Source of the DNA: an uncultured Bacteroidota bacterium
GTDB taxonomy: Bacteria > Bacteroidota > Ignavibacteria > UBA10030 > UBA6906
NCBI GenBank assembly: GCA_963700635.1
Contig: CAVOYH010000003.1
Coordinates: forward strand, 672,001 to 736,000
DNA length: 64,000 bases
Reading direction: 5' to 3'
Part shown: one piece after another, positions 21,543-31,421 of the stretch
Numbering within the stretch: the first letter of the stretch is position 1
Layout: every line of letters begins with the position of its first letter
Notes under the pieces: model-generated
What the model saw: the letters and a program-made list of their open reading frames with translations, nothing else
Database searches by the model: none
Told to the model about the DNA's origin: nothing
Position numbers and translations under genes: made by a program

Positions 21543-22520
21543 ATGAGTCTGACTGATTTCCTCGTTTCTCATTTTGCACCCCTCAGGCGCCGGCTGGCAC
21601 AGTTGAATGATATGACACGTCGCCTCGACGATCTGCAGATGGCCGTCGGCCGTATCGAACAACACCTGACCATTCCTCACGCACAGTCGCGTGTTCCCCT
21701 TCACCGGTACGAATTCAAGGCATATTCCCAGTGGGGGGAAGATGGCATTATCCAGTACCTTATCCATGCACTGCCTATCGAAACATCGGTGTTCGTTGAG
21801 TTCGGCGTTCACGACTACCGCGAATCGAACACACGTTTCCTTCTGCAACACGACAACTGGACCGGTCTGGTGATGGACGCCTCCCAGGAGTACATTAACA
21901 CAATCAAGAAGGATCCTGTCTATTACCGCCATAACCTCCGGGCAGTTCGTGCGTTTATCGACCGCGAAAACATTAATGCGCTTCTTCGACAGAACGATAT
22001 CACGGGTGATATCGGACTGCTCTCCATCGACATTGACGGGAACGACTACTGGGTATGGGAGGCTATTGAGTGTATCACCCCGCGCATTGTCATCTGTGAA
22101 TACGACAGCCTCCTGGGACCCGACAGGAAAGTGGTTACACCGTACAATCCGAAATTCGATCGGCTGCAGGCCCACTATTCGTTTCTCTATGGCGGGGCAT
22201 CAATCGCAGCCCTTGATCACCTGGCGCAACGCAAGGGATATACGCTCGTGGGGTCCAACAGCGCCGGCAACAACGCGTTTTTCGTGCGCACGGACATCCT
22301 CGGCGATATCCCCGCCTCCACCCCCCGTGAAGCATACATCCAGGCACAGTTCAGACATTCACATGATCATGATGGCAGTTATACGTTTCGCCCGTTTGAC
22401 GAGTGTCTGCAGCTGATTGCCGATTTGCCTGTTGTGGACGTCGAACAGAATACAACCTTGCCCATTCGGGACATCTTCCCCGTATCGCCGTCACCTTCAT
22501 CCATCCCTCCACATCGGTGA
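21543..22520 (+). CDS. FkbM-like putative methyltransferase
   Basis: YSQWGEDGII, FVEFGV, LLSIDIDGNDYW, NAFFVR. Confidence 0.7.
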   Translation: MSLTDFLVSHFAPLRRRLAQLNDMTRRLDDLQMAVGRIEQHLTIPHAQSRVPLHRYEFKAYSQWGEDGIIQYLIHALPIETSVFVEFGVHDYRESNTRFLLQHDNWTGLVMDASQEYINTIKKDPVYYRHNLRAVRAFIDRENINALLRQNDITGDIGLLSIDIDGNDYWVWEAIECITPRIVICEYDSLLGPDRKVVTPYNPKFDRLQAHYSFLYGGASIAALDHLAQRKGYTLVGSNSAGNNAFFVRTDILGDIPASTPREAYIQAQFRHSHDHDGSYTFRPFDECLQLIADLPVVDVEQNTTLPIRDIFPVSPSPSSIPPHR

Positions 22521-22529
22521 GGCCGCTTC

Positions 22530-23000
22530 ATGGCTGAAACACTCGGTTCCTTGTGCGACAAGCTGACCGTAGTGAAGCTCAAGGAGTGGCATACGGAAGA
22601 TCCCGCGCGTCTGGAGAACATCCGCCGTCAGGAGCAACAGCTCCAGCAGGAGATTTCCGAGTATCTCGCGGGTGCCTTTGCCGGACAGATTCCGGTTGAG
22701 CGGCTTACCTTCGCATCGAACAAAGTCTACAAGAAAGAAGGGAACCCGGTCCCGGACGTGCAGGGGAATATCGGTGCGGTCTTTTCGCGCCTTGCCGACG
22801 TGAACTGCCGCCTGTGGCACACCCAGGAACAAGTCTATGAATTCGAGAAGGTGCCTGCTGGTGAGAAGGACAATGTCATCAAACAGCTGGCCATTCTGAA
22901 CCTTGAACGCACGCGCTGCATCGATCAGATCGATCGCGTCTTTAAGGATGGTATCGAGGCCCTCCGTGGCCGGGGAACTGCACCGCACGCGTCGTCGTAA
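22530..23000 (+). CDS. Small helical hypothetical protein (DUF6165/DUF4254-like)
   Basis: ETLGSLCDKLTV...K and VNCRLWHTQE...LNLERTRCIDQID motifs. Confidence 0.55.
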   Translation: MAETLGSLCDKLTVVKLKEWHTEDPARLENIRRQEQQLQQEISEYLAGAFAGQIPVERLTFASNKVYKKEGNPVPDVQGNIGAVFSRLADVNCRLWHTQEQVYEFEKVPAGEKDNVIKQLAILNLERTRCIDQIDRVFKDGIEALRGRGTAPHASS

Positions 23001-23011
23001 CGAGGATACCC

Positions 23012-24271
23012 ATGCATCTCATTCATCGTCAGACTTGCCGTGTGTGCGGGTCTTCCGCATTAACCCGCGTCATTGACCTGGGAGAACAGTATTTGCAGGG
23101 GTCGTTTGTCAAGCCCGGTGAGGAACCCCCGCCAGCGCGGCGTATTCCCACAGTCCTGGTACGCTGTAATCCTCTTCTGGACGAGAAAGCATGCGGCCTC
23201 CTTCAGATGGAAAGCACTGTTCCGCCCGAGGTCCTGTATTCGTCATACTGGTACCGGTCCGGAACCAACCAGACCATGCGTTCTCACCTGCAGGAAATCG
23301 CCGAACAGGCACTGACGATGAGCGGACAGGTGGCGGGGCGGGCGCTGGATATCGGCTGCAATGACGGGACGCTGCTCCGTTGTTACCCCGCAACAATGAC
23401 AAAGGTGGGCATTGATCCGTCAGATATCGCGCAGGAGATCTCCGGCGACATCACGGTCATTCAGGATGTGTTTCCTTCAAATGAACTCGTGACGCGTATG
23501 GGGGAGACACTCTTTGACATCATCACATCCATTGCCATGTTCTACGATCTCGAGGATCCCGTCGCGTTTACCCGGGGAATCAAACGGATGCTCGCTCCCG
23601 ACGGCCTGTGGGTCTTTGAGATGTCGTACATGCCCCTTATGCTGAAGATGAATTCCTACGACACCATCTGCCATGAACATCTGGAATACTACAGTCTGGC
23701 GGTGATCGAGAACATCCTGCGCCGCGCCGAGATGAAAGTGGTGAACGCCGAATTGAACAGTATTAATGGCGGAAGTATCCGGTGTTTTGCCACCCACACC
23801 AGCTCGTTTGCCTACCGCAGAGAAGAGTTCGCTCAAAATCTTCAGCGCCTCCGTCAGGATGAATTTGATCTTGAACTCGACACGGACAAACCGTACAAGA
23901 ACTTCCAGGATCATATCAATGTGCACCGGGAAGAGCTGATGTCCCTCCTCAAGAAACTGAAGAAGGAAGGAAAAAGGATCCATCTGTACGGGGCATCCAC
24001 GAAGGGCAATACCATACTCCAGTGGTGCGGTATCGACAACCGTATCGTGGATGTTGCAGCCGATCGCAACCCGGACAAACACGGCGCATTCACGCTCGGC
24101 ACGGATATCCCGATCGTCAGTGAAGAGCAGTCCCGCGCCATGCAGCCGGATTATTATCTGGTCCTCCCCTGGCACTTCAAAGGCGAGTTCCTCCAGCGCG
24201 AGAAGGCCATGCTCGACCGGGGAACCAGGCTTATCTTCCCTCTGCCGACCATTGAAGTCGTCGCACAATGA
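23012..24271 (+). CDS. NDP-sugar C-3 methyltransferase (Methyltransf_13/14 type)
   Basis: N-terminal Zn motif CRVC...C...C, LDIGCNDG, ICHEHLEYY, GGS, YGASTKGN, LPWHF. Confidence 0.9.
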   Translation: MHLIHRQTCRVCGSSALTRVIDLGEQYLQGSFVKPGEEPPPARRIPTVLVRCNPLLDEKACGLLQMESTVPPEVLYSSYWYRSGTNQTMRSHLQEIAEQALTMSGQVAGRALDIGCNDGTLLRCYPATMTKVGIDPSDIAQEISGDITVIQDVFPSNELVTRMGETLFDIITSIAMFYDLEDPVAFTRGIKRMLAPDGLWVFEMSYMPLMLKMNSYDTICHEHLEYYSLAVIENILRRAEMKVVNAELNSINGGSIRCFATHTSSFAYRREEFAQNLQRLRQDEFDLELDTDKPYKNFQDHINVHREELMSLLKKLKKEGKRIHLYGASTKGNTILQWCGIDNRIVDVAADRNPDKHGAFTLGTDIPIVSEEQSRAMQPDYYLVLPWHFKGEFLQREKAMLDRGTRLIFPLPTIEVVAQ

Positions 24272-25137
24272 AGGCGTTGATATTCGGGGCGAACGGGCAG
24301 GACGGCTATTATCTTGCGCAGGCATGCCGGGAGAGAGGGATCAACCCTGTCGCCATCGACCTGTCGGGAGAGATGATCCACGGCGATGTCGGCGACTTTG
24401 ACTTTGTGTCGCGCCTGATCCACGAACACACTCCCGGCTACGTGGTCCATCTTGCCGCCCGTTCCACAACCCGGCACGACGCCCTCTTCGCAAATCATTC
24501 CACGATCAGCACCGGTACCATCAACATCCTCGAGGCAGTCTATCGGGCAGGTGCACAGGCACGGATACTACTCTGTGGCAGCGGCGTGCAGTTTCAAAAC
24601 GACGGTACTCCTATTTCCGAACAGACCCCGTTTGCCGCGACCAGTCCGTATGCGATTGCACGTATTCACTCGGTGTATGCCGCCCGGTATTACCGCATGC
24701 TCGGCGTACAAGCGTATGTGGCCTACCTCTTCCACCATGAAAGTCCGCGGCGTCCCCCCGACCACATCAGCCAGCGGATTGTACAAGCGGTCCGGGCTAT
24801 ACGCGACGGCTCGGGAGAGATCCTTGACATCGGCGACCTCACCGTCGCAAAGGAATGGACCTTCGCCGGGGATGTGGTCGATGGGATGATGCGACTCCTG
24901 GAACAACACACGGTCTTCGAAGCGGTGATCGGTTCCGGGGTGACGCACACTATTCAGGAGTGGATCGAGGTGTGTTTTGGTCTGGCCGGTCTGGATTGGC
25001 GGACGTATGTCCGGCAGAAGGAAGAGTTTCTCCCTGAGTACCAGCGTTTATGCTCTGACCCCGGACTGATCCACAGCCTGGGCTGGACCCCTCGCGTCGG
25101 GTTTGATGAACTTGCATCATTGATGATGCAGTCATGA
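24268..25137 (+). CDS. GDP-mannose 4,6-dehydratase-like extended SDR (divergent active site)
   Basis: GANGQDGYYL, HLAA, SPYAIAR, HESPRR. Confidence 0.8.
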   Translation: MKALIFGANGQDGYYLAQACRERGINPVAIDLSGEMIHGDVGDFDFVSRLIHEHTPGYVVHLAARSTTRHDALFANHSTISTGTINILEAVYRAGAQARILLCGSGVQFQNDGTPISEQTPFAATSPYAIARIHSVYAARYYRMLGVQAYVAYLFHHESPRRPPDHISQRIVQAVRAIRDGSGEILDIGDLTVAKEWTFAGDVVDGMMRLLEQHTVFEAVIGSGVTHTIQEWIEVCFGLAGLDWRTYVRQKEEFLPEYQRLCSDPGLIHSLGWTPRVGFDELASLMMQS

Positions 25138-26216
25138 CCGCCTCTGCCCCGCGCATACTGCTCGGTCACCTTGCTGCATTTGGAGACTGCCTGTATGCCA
25201 CGGTGATCACCAGACAGATCAAACAGGATTTCCCAGGGAGCCATCTGACCTGGGCAATCGCTGCGCCGTTCCGGCAGATTGCCGATGGTAACCCGTATGT
25301 TGACGACATCTGGGAAATTCCCCTGTCGAGAGCCGAAGCCGAATCAACAGGATGGAGAACGTTTGTTGCCAGCGCACAAAGCCGGAAAATCAACGGTGAC
25401 TTTGATCTCCTCTTCCTTACGCAGATTCCGCCCGACAATTTTCAGAATTTTGACGGGACCGTGCGGGCATCCATCTTCCATGGTTACCCCCATCCGATCA
25501 CTGTTCCGCTCGCACCGGTGCTCCGGCTCCCGGCCGGGGACGTGGAGCGTGTCCGGCAATTCGCGGAACAGAATGGCCTCGCACGCTACCGCCATGTAGT
25601 GCTGTTTGAATGTGCGGGACTGAGCGGACAGACTTTCGTCACACAAGATTTTGCTCTCTCGACAGCCCGGTTACTTCTGGAAAAGGGTCTGGACTGTTGT
25701 TTCGTCATTTCATCGGCGAATGCCTTGTCTTCACAGGACCCCCGGATCATCGATGCAAGCTGCCTCCGCTTTCGGGAAAACGCAGAACTCACAAAATATG
25801 CCACCTTGTTTGTCGGCTGTTCGTCGGGTATTACCTGGTTATCAACGTCCGATTGGGCTAAACCACTTCCGACTATTCAGCTCCTACGCAAGGCGACATC
25901 CATTTACGCCTCCATGGTGCATGATGCGGAACATTTTGGACTCCCCCATGATCATATCATAGAGATAACGGACTGCGCTCCCGCTCATCTTGCGCGGTGC
26001 ATCCAAACCGTCATGACAGAAACGTTTCAGGATGCCCGCACGCAATTCCACGAGAGGCTTCGTGTCAACCATCAATTCTACTTCAACATATTCTTTATCC
26101 CGATCGTAAAGCGGGGGCAGGTGAGAAAGGCACTGTCTTCGCTCAGACGGGTCATCCGCCGTTACGGTGTCCGTGCAATCACGGATACGGTGAAGGCAGT
26201 CTTTGAAGACCTCTGA
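25134..26216 (+). CDS. GT9-like (GT-B fold) putative glycosyltransferase
   Basis: LAAFGDCL, NPYVD, FVGCSSGITW. Confidence 0.65.
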   Translation: MTASAPRILLGHLAAFGDCLYATVITRQIKQDFPGSHLTWAIAAPFRQIADGNPYVDDIWEIPLSRAEAESTGWRTFVASAQSRKINGDFDLLFLTQIPPDNFQNFDGTVRASIFHGYPHPITVPLAPVLRLPAGDVERVRQFAEQNGLARYRHVVLFECAGLSGQTFVTQDFALSTARLLLEKGLDCCFVISSANALSSQDPRIIDASCLRFRENAELTKYATLFVGCSSGITWLSTSDWAKPLPTIQLLRKATSIYASMVHDAEHFGLPHDHIIEITDCAPAHLARCIQTVMTETFQDARTQFHERLRVNHQFYFNIFFIPIVKRGQVRKALSSLRRVIRRYGVRAITDTVKAVFEDL

Positions 26217-26219
26217 CAC

Positions 26220-27203
26220 ATGACCACCGCTCCCCAAAAAGTACTAAAGCGTGACGCCCGTCCGGTTCGCGTGACCGTCCTGGTAACAAACTGGAACGGA
26301 CAAGAGTACCTGCGGGAGTGCCTGACTTCCATCGGCGAAATGACCCGCCATGTTCTCTGTGAAGTTGTCGTGGTGGATGATGCCTCCACGGATGACAGCG
26401 TCAGCATGATCAGAACGGTATTTCCCGATGTCAACCTGGTGATCAACCCGGTGAACCTGGGATTTGTGGGGGCCAACAATGTCGGGGTCCGGCATGCGAC
26501 CGGAAGTTATATTCTGCTCTTAAACTCAGACACGGTTCTCCTGAACGACGCCGTGAGTATTCTTGCAGAGTACATGGAACGGCACCCCGATGTCGCCATC
26601 TGCGGTCCGGCCCTGACCGGTGCAGACGGACTGCCGCAGGTATCATACGGCTGGCCCCCTTCCTTTCTGCAGGGGCTTGTTGATGCGTTTTTCCTGAACG
26701 ATCTGTTTCCCGGAATGGGGCTTCCTTCACGCGCCATTGCTCCGGCACCTTCGAACGACGGCGCACGCCCCGTGCAGTATGTAAGCGGCGCTGCCCTGAT
26801 GGTTCGAACCTCTCTGGTAGCGAAGTACGGTTTGTTTGACGACAGATTCAAGGCGTACTGTGAAGAAGTGGATCTGTGCCAACGTATTATGCGGTCAACA
26901 CACTACCGGGTGTTCTTCGTCCCTTCGGCTCACGTCCGCCACTATGAAGGCAAATCATACGGGCAGCTGGGCGCCGGGCGGATTCGCCTGGTATATGAAA
27001 GTTATGACAAGTACCTGGTAAAATACCACGGGAAGGTGTATTCTTTTGCCACACGACTGCTGTATGCCTGGCATTATGCCGTGAAGTATATCCTCCGGGG
27101 AGTTCTCTACCTTCTGGCAACCCCGGAGAAACGTCAGGGTCGCGCCGATGCTTTACGGCATGCGTTGTACAGTGCCCGGTATAGCCTGTGGCCATACGAG
27201 TAA
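26220..27203 (+). CDS. GT2 glycosyltransferase (WbbL-like)
   Basis: TNWN, VDDASTD, LLLNSDT, VSGAALM, YCEEVDLC. Confidence 0.9.
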   Translation: MTTAPQKVLKRDARPVRVTVLVTNWNGQEYLRECLTSIGEMTRHVLCEVVVVDDASTDDSVSMIRTVFPDVNLVINPVNLGFVGANNVGVRHATGSYILLLNSDTVLLNDAVSILAEYMERHPDVAICGPALTGADGLPQVSYGWPPSFLQGLVDAFFLNDLFPGMGLPSRAIAPAPSNDGARPVQYVSGAALMVRTSLVAKYGLFDDRFKAYCEEVDLCQRIMRSTHYRVFFVPSAHVRHYEGKSYGQLGAGRIRLVYESYDKYLVKYHGKVYSFATRLLYAWHYAVKYILRGVLYLLATPEKRQGRADALRHALYSARYSLWPYE

Positions 27204-27213
27204 CGTCAGGGTC

Positions 27214-28395
27214 ATGAAACAACTCCTTTTCTTTTCAGACATCCCATGGGAATATCTCTACCAGCGCCCGCAGCACCTTGCCACGCGTCTGGCAGGGCGC
27301 TGGCCGGTTCTCTGGATAGAACCGGCAACGCTCGGTTCTCCCCGGAAATGGTCCCCCGTCCGCGTACGGGATCACTTTCACGTCCTCACGCTCCCGCTGT
27401 TCCCGCACAATGCCCGTAACCAGCATGTGCGCCGTATCTCCCGGCTCCTGGGCGTTCTCCCACCGGTACGCTGGCTGCTCCATCACGTTCAGCGGATTCT
27501 GATACAACGGGCTCTGCGTAAGCTCAACATCAACCGTAAGACCATCGCTGCTGTTGTCGAGAACTTTCAATTTATTTCGCTCATCGAGTACCTTCGTCCG
27601 ACGACACTACTGTTCGACTACATCGACGATGCATTTGGATTTATTGAGTACCCGGAATACGTGCGGGAAGAGTGGCAACGGACGATCCGACAGGCAACAG
27701 TGATCACCGCTACAACGCCAACCCTTCAACGGCACATTGAACGGGAACGGTCCGTCCACGTGTCGCTGGTGGAAAATGGCGTGGAGACGGCTGCATACAT
27801 GCCGGACAGTCCGCCACTACGACCGGCCGATCTGCCTCCCGCACACAGACCCATCATCATTTATGTTGGTACGATAGCCCGGTGGTTTGATTGTGCGCTG
27901 CTGGAAAAAGCACTGCGCGGGCTCCCGCAGTTTGATTTTGCCCTTGTCGGTCCGGTTCACCCCGAGACTGAGCCCCGGTTGACGGAGATGCGCAAATTTA
28001 CGAACTTGTATGTTCTCGGACAGCGTGCACATACCGCCATACCGGCGTATCTTCTCGCCAGCACGGTCGGGATGATCCCCTTTTCCAGAACCCGTCTGAC
28101 AGAGGGGGTGAACCCGGTCAAGTTGTATGAATATGCGGCGGCCGGTCTGCCGATTGTGACCACCGCATTTTCCGATGATCTTGAACGCTTTCACGATGTG
28201 GCGTTCATCGGCCGCACACCGGAACAGTTCATAACTCTATTACATTCCGCTGTCACACGCGCACGCGAGGACGATTATGTGAAGCGCCTCAGGACCTTCG
28301 CGGTGCAGAACGACTGGAGTACACGGTCCGATACAATCATCTCACTCCTGCTGCAACAGACACACAACCAGAAGAGTGCTGCAGAGCAGCCATGA
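27214..28395 (+). CDS. GT4-like glycosyltransferase (TuaH-like)
   Basis: QRPQHLA, DYIDD, YVGTI, NPVKLYEYAAAGLPIV; ATG 27214. Confidence 0.85.
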   Translation: MKQLLFFSDIPWEYLYQRPQHLATRLAGRWPVLWIEPATLGSPRKWSPVRVRDHFHVLTLPLFPHNARNQHVRRISRLLGVLPPVRWLLHHVQRILIQRALRKLNINRKTIAAVVENFQFISLIEYLRPTTLLFDYIDDAFGFIEYPEYVREEWQRTIRQATVITATTPTLQRHIERERSVHVSLVENGVETAAYMPDSPPLRPADLPPAHRPIIIYVGTIARWFDCALLEKALRGLPQFDFALVGPVHPETEPRLTEMRKFTNLYVLGQRAHTAIPAYLLASTVGMIPFSRTRLTEGVNPVKLYEYAAAGLPIVTTAFSDDLERFHDVAFIGRTPEQFITLLHSAVTRAREDDYVKRLRTFAVQNDWSTRSDTIISLLLQQTHNQKSAAEQP

Positions 28396-28420
28396 CATTT
28401 CCTAAGGACGGGCATACGCC

Positions 28421-30920
28421 ATGAGCCAACAACAAAAAAAGACCACACCGCGCAAGACGACCACCCAGCCGTCGCTCTTTTCCCGGTTTACCCCTTTCCA
28501 GCTTGACCTGGTATGCGTGGTTGTCTTGTATCTCCTTACCCTCGTCGTCTTTCGGGGAATTGTGTTCGAAAACGCAGCGTTCCAGACGGAAGGAGACACC
28601 GCCTCCGCGCTGAGTTATGCAGAAGCCGGTAACAGGATAGCCAGAGCAGAGGGTGTGGATGTGTTGTGGATGCCCAACTTCTTCAGCGGCATGCCCACAT
28701 TCGGCAACGTGGCATATGTTCCCCATGACGTAAGCTACATCCAGACTGTTCTCCAGAGAGTGCTCAACCTGCTCTTTCTGAACGGTAAATGGACCTGGCT
28801 GGTGGTATACTATTTCCTGGGCGGAATATTCATGTTTCTCTTGATGCGTGTGCTGAATTTTTCCAGGATTTCGGCGCTCTTTGGTGCAATCCTCTTCATG
28901 CTTGCGCCATACAACATGGGCCTGGCAACCGAAGGGCATGGTTCCAAGCTGATGGCGCTGAGCTATTTTCCCCTCGTCTTTATGCTTACCCATATGCTGT
29001 TCGAACGCCGCGATATCCTCAGCTTCGGCCTTCTCACCGCCGCCATCGGCACGCTCGCTCTGACCAATCACATGCAGATTGTCTATTATGTCTTCATCGT
29101 CATCGGTCTGTATCTCCTCTACCATGTTGTCGTTGAGGTTCGGCGGGCTCCCGGACGGGCAGCCCTGATCACCGGTCTCTTCGCGGGCGCTCTGGTGCTC
29201 GGTCTCTGCATCGCATCCTATATTTATTTGTCCGTCTATGAATATGCCCAGTTTTCCATCCGCGGAGGAGGCACTGCCGGAGCCCCTGGAGGTCTTGCCT
29301 GGGATTATGCAACGAATTGGTCGTGGCATCCACAGGAGATGTTCACACTCCTCATCCCATCATTTATGGGATTTCAATCCCCCTATTACTGGGGAACGAT
29401 GCCGTTTACGAACTCGACCATCTATCTCGGGATTCTGCCGATTCTGCTGGCCGTTCTGGGCCTTGTGTATAACCGCACCCGCCTCGGCGTGTTCCTGTCA
29501 CTACTCGCAGTGGTCATGATCCTGATCTCCTTCGGGAAACATTTTCCTCTGGTGTACGGAGCGCTTTTTGAGTATATGCCGTTCTTCAACAAGTTCCGGG
29601 TGCCGGTGATGGTGCTTCATCTGCTCCCCTTTGTTGTCGGTATCCTTGCCGGCTATGGCCTGCAGTTTCTCATCAATCCGCCGGAGGGGGTGAAGAAAGA
29701 ACAGATTGCCAGACTCAGCCGCCGGCTCTTGATCATCGGCGGGATCCTCTTTGGTGTTCTCATTCTCGCCACACTGTTGAAGAGCTCTCTCTTCCAGACC
29801 ATGTCCGGATCAATGTTTACCAAAGAAGGCGAATTGGAAGTGCTCCGTCAGGAATACGGAAACCAGGTCAGTCAGGTGATGACGCAGCTAAAACAGGCGC
29901 GCTTTGATGCCCTCTGGAAGGATTTTGTGAAGTTTGTTTTTCTGGCAGTAGCTTCTCTGGGTGTGGTGGTCCTGTTCTTGAAGAAAAAGCTTTCCGTTGT
30001 TGTCCTGTCCGCTGCTGTGTTTGCGCTCCTTCTTGTCGACCTCTTGATTGTCATCAACAAGGGGAACTACATTTCGCCAAAACCCGACTCCCAGCTTGAA
30101 GCACAGTTTCAGGCCGATGCGAACAGTGCAATTCCTTCAGCAACAACCGGGTCTCTTCCGCATTTTTCCGCTCGGCGGTCTCTTTATCGACAACACATTC
30201 GCCTACCATGGCCTGCAGTCCATCGGAGGATACAGCCCGGCAAAGCTGAAGATTTATCAGACCATGCTTGACTCCTGCATGTATGAGGGTGCGGATCCTT
30301 CGTTCCGGCTGAATATGAACATGGTCAACATGTTGAACGCACAGTATCTGATTGCACAGGGACGGTTACCGGAAGACCGGTTCACCCTTGTGAACGTGGA
30401 TCAGGCAAAGCGCATACTGGTGTACCGGAACAATCATGCCCTTCCACGGGCGTATATTGTCGGCGAGGCAAAAATCGCGGCAAGTCCGACAGAGGTCTTC
30501 GCTCTGTTGAATGCTCCTGCGTTTGATGCGGCCCGAACGGCGGTTCTGGAGAAGACCCCGTCCGGACAGATCACCAGACCCGACAGCAGCAGCGTGCAGA
30601 TCACGGGGTACCAGTCACGCCAGATTACAGCCAGTGCATTTACGTCGTCCACGGCGCTTCTGGTCTTAAGCGAGATATACTATCCGGCTGGATGGAAAGC
30701 CTTCATTGATGGACAGGAAACGGAGATTTTGAAGACTAATTACGTTCTCAGGTCCATCGTTATGCCCCCCGGCCTCCATACTGTCGAGTTTCGCTTTGAT
30801 CCGGCGATATACAGCACAGGCTACACACTTTCCAATATCAGCTGGATGGTGGTATTATGCTGTGTGCTGTTCGGACTGTGGCGGATTCCGGCGATCCGGG
30901 CAAAACTGGCACGTCGTTGA
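28421..30920 (+). pseudogene. Second YfhO-family GT-C protein with an apparent +1 frameshift at about 30122 (possibly a sequencing error)
   Basis: LWMPNFFSGMP and FNKFRVP in ORF 28421-30271; GGYSPAKL, LPRAY, SEIYYPAGW in ORF 30048-30920; removing one A from GCG-A-ACA-GTG joins the frames. Confidence 0.85.
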
Positions 30921-30945
30921 CTCTCTCCCTCTGCTTGGCTATATT
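30917..30945 (+). promoter_or_regulatory. Putative sigma70 promoter for BMC shell genes
   Basis: TTGACT-N17-TATATT. Confidence 0.65.
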
Positions 30946-31069
30946 AGTGCACAGTCATGACGGCTCTTCTTAGCCGGAAGGGCTGCAGCTTCACGATGTA
31001 TCAGGGAGGGAATGACTACCCCCTGGTCCCGTAAGGGGAGACTCACTGCACAACAGGAGACACACTCAG

Positions 31070-31363
31070 ATGGCGGATATCTCTCAAGATGCGCTGGGAA
31101 TGGTGGAAACGAAGGGATTGGTCGGATCCATCGAAGCAGCCGACGCGATGGTTAAGGCCGCGCGCGTGACGCTTATCGGCAAGGAAACTATCGGCGGCGG
31201 ATATGTTACCGTCCTTGTTCGTGGCGATGTCGGGGCGGTAAAAGCTGCCACGGATGCCGGTGCAGCAGCAGCCCAACGTGTCGGTGAATTGGTGTCAGTC
31301 CACGTCATTCCCCGTCCCCATGCAGATGTGGAATTGATTCTGCCGAAACGGGCAGCACGGTAA
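31070..31363 (+). CDS. Bacterial microcompartment hexameric shell protein (BMC-H, EutM/PduA/CcmK-like)
   Basis: [35 protein letters not shown]; AGGAGA SD. Confidence 0.96.
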   Translation: MADISQDALGMVETKGLVGSIEAADAMVKAARVTLIGKETIGGGYVTVLVRGDVGAVKAATDAGAAAAQRVGELVSVHVIPRPHADVELILPKRAAR

Positions 31364-31421
31364 TCCACGATTGCTGTCATCGCGCCCCTCCGGGGCGCAG
31401 CGACCACACGATATCACCACC

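Noticed and set aside
20073-22175. 700-aa minus-strand ORF
   Set aside because: Antisense shadow of the flippase and FkbM-like genes; no recognisable motifs; long shadow ORFs are expected at high GC.
30960-30992. CCGGAAGG..GCAGC resembling the SRP RNA core; AGGGAA and GGAGAC nearby resembling a cobalamin riboswitch
   Set aside because: The SRP CAGG/AGCAG internal loop and the B12-box and GCCACTG elements are missing; kept only as an unassigned structured leader.
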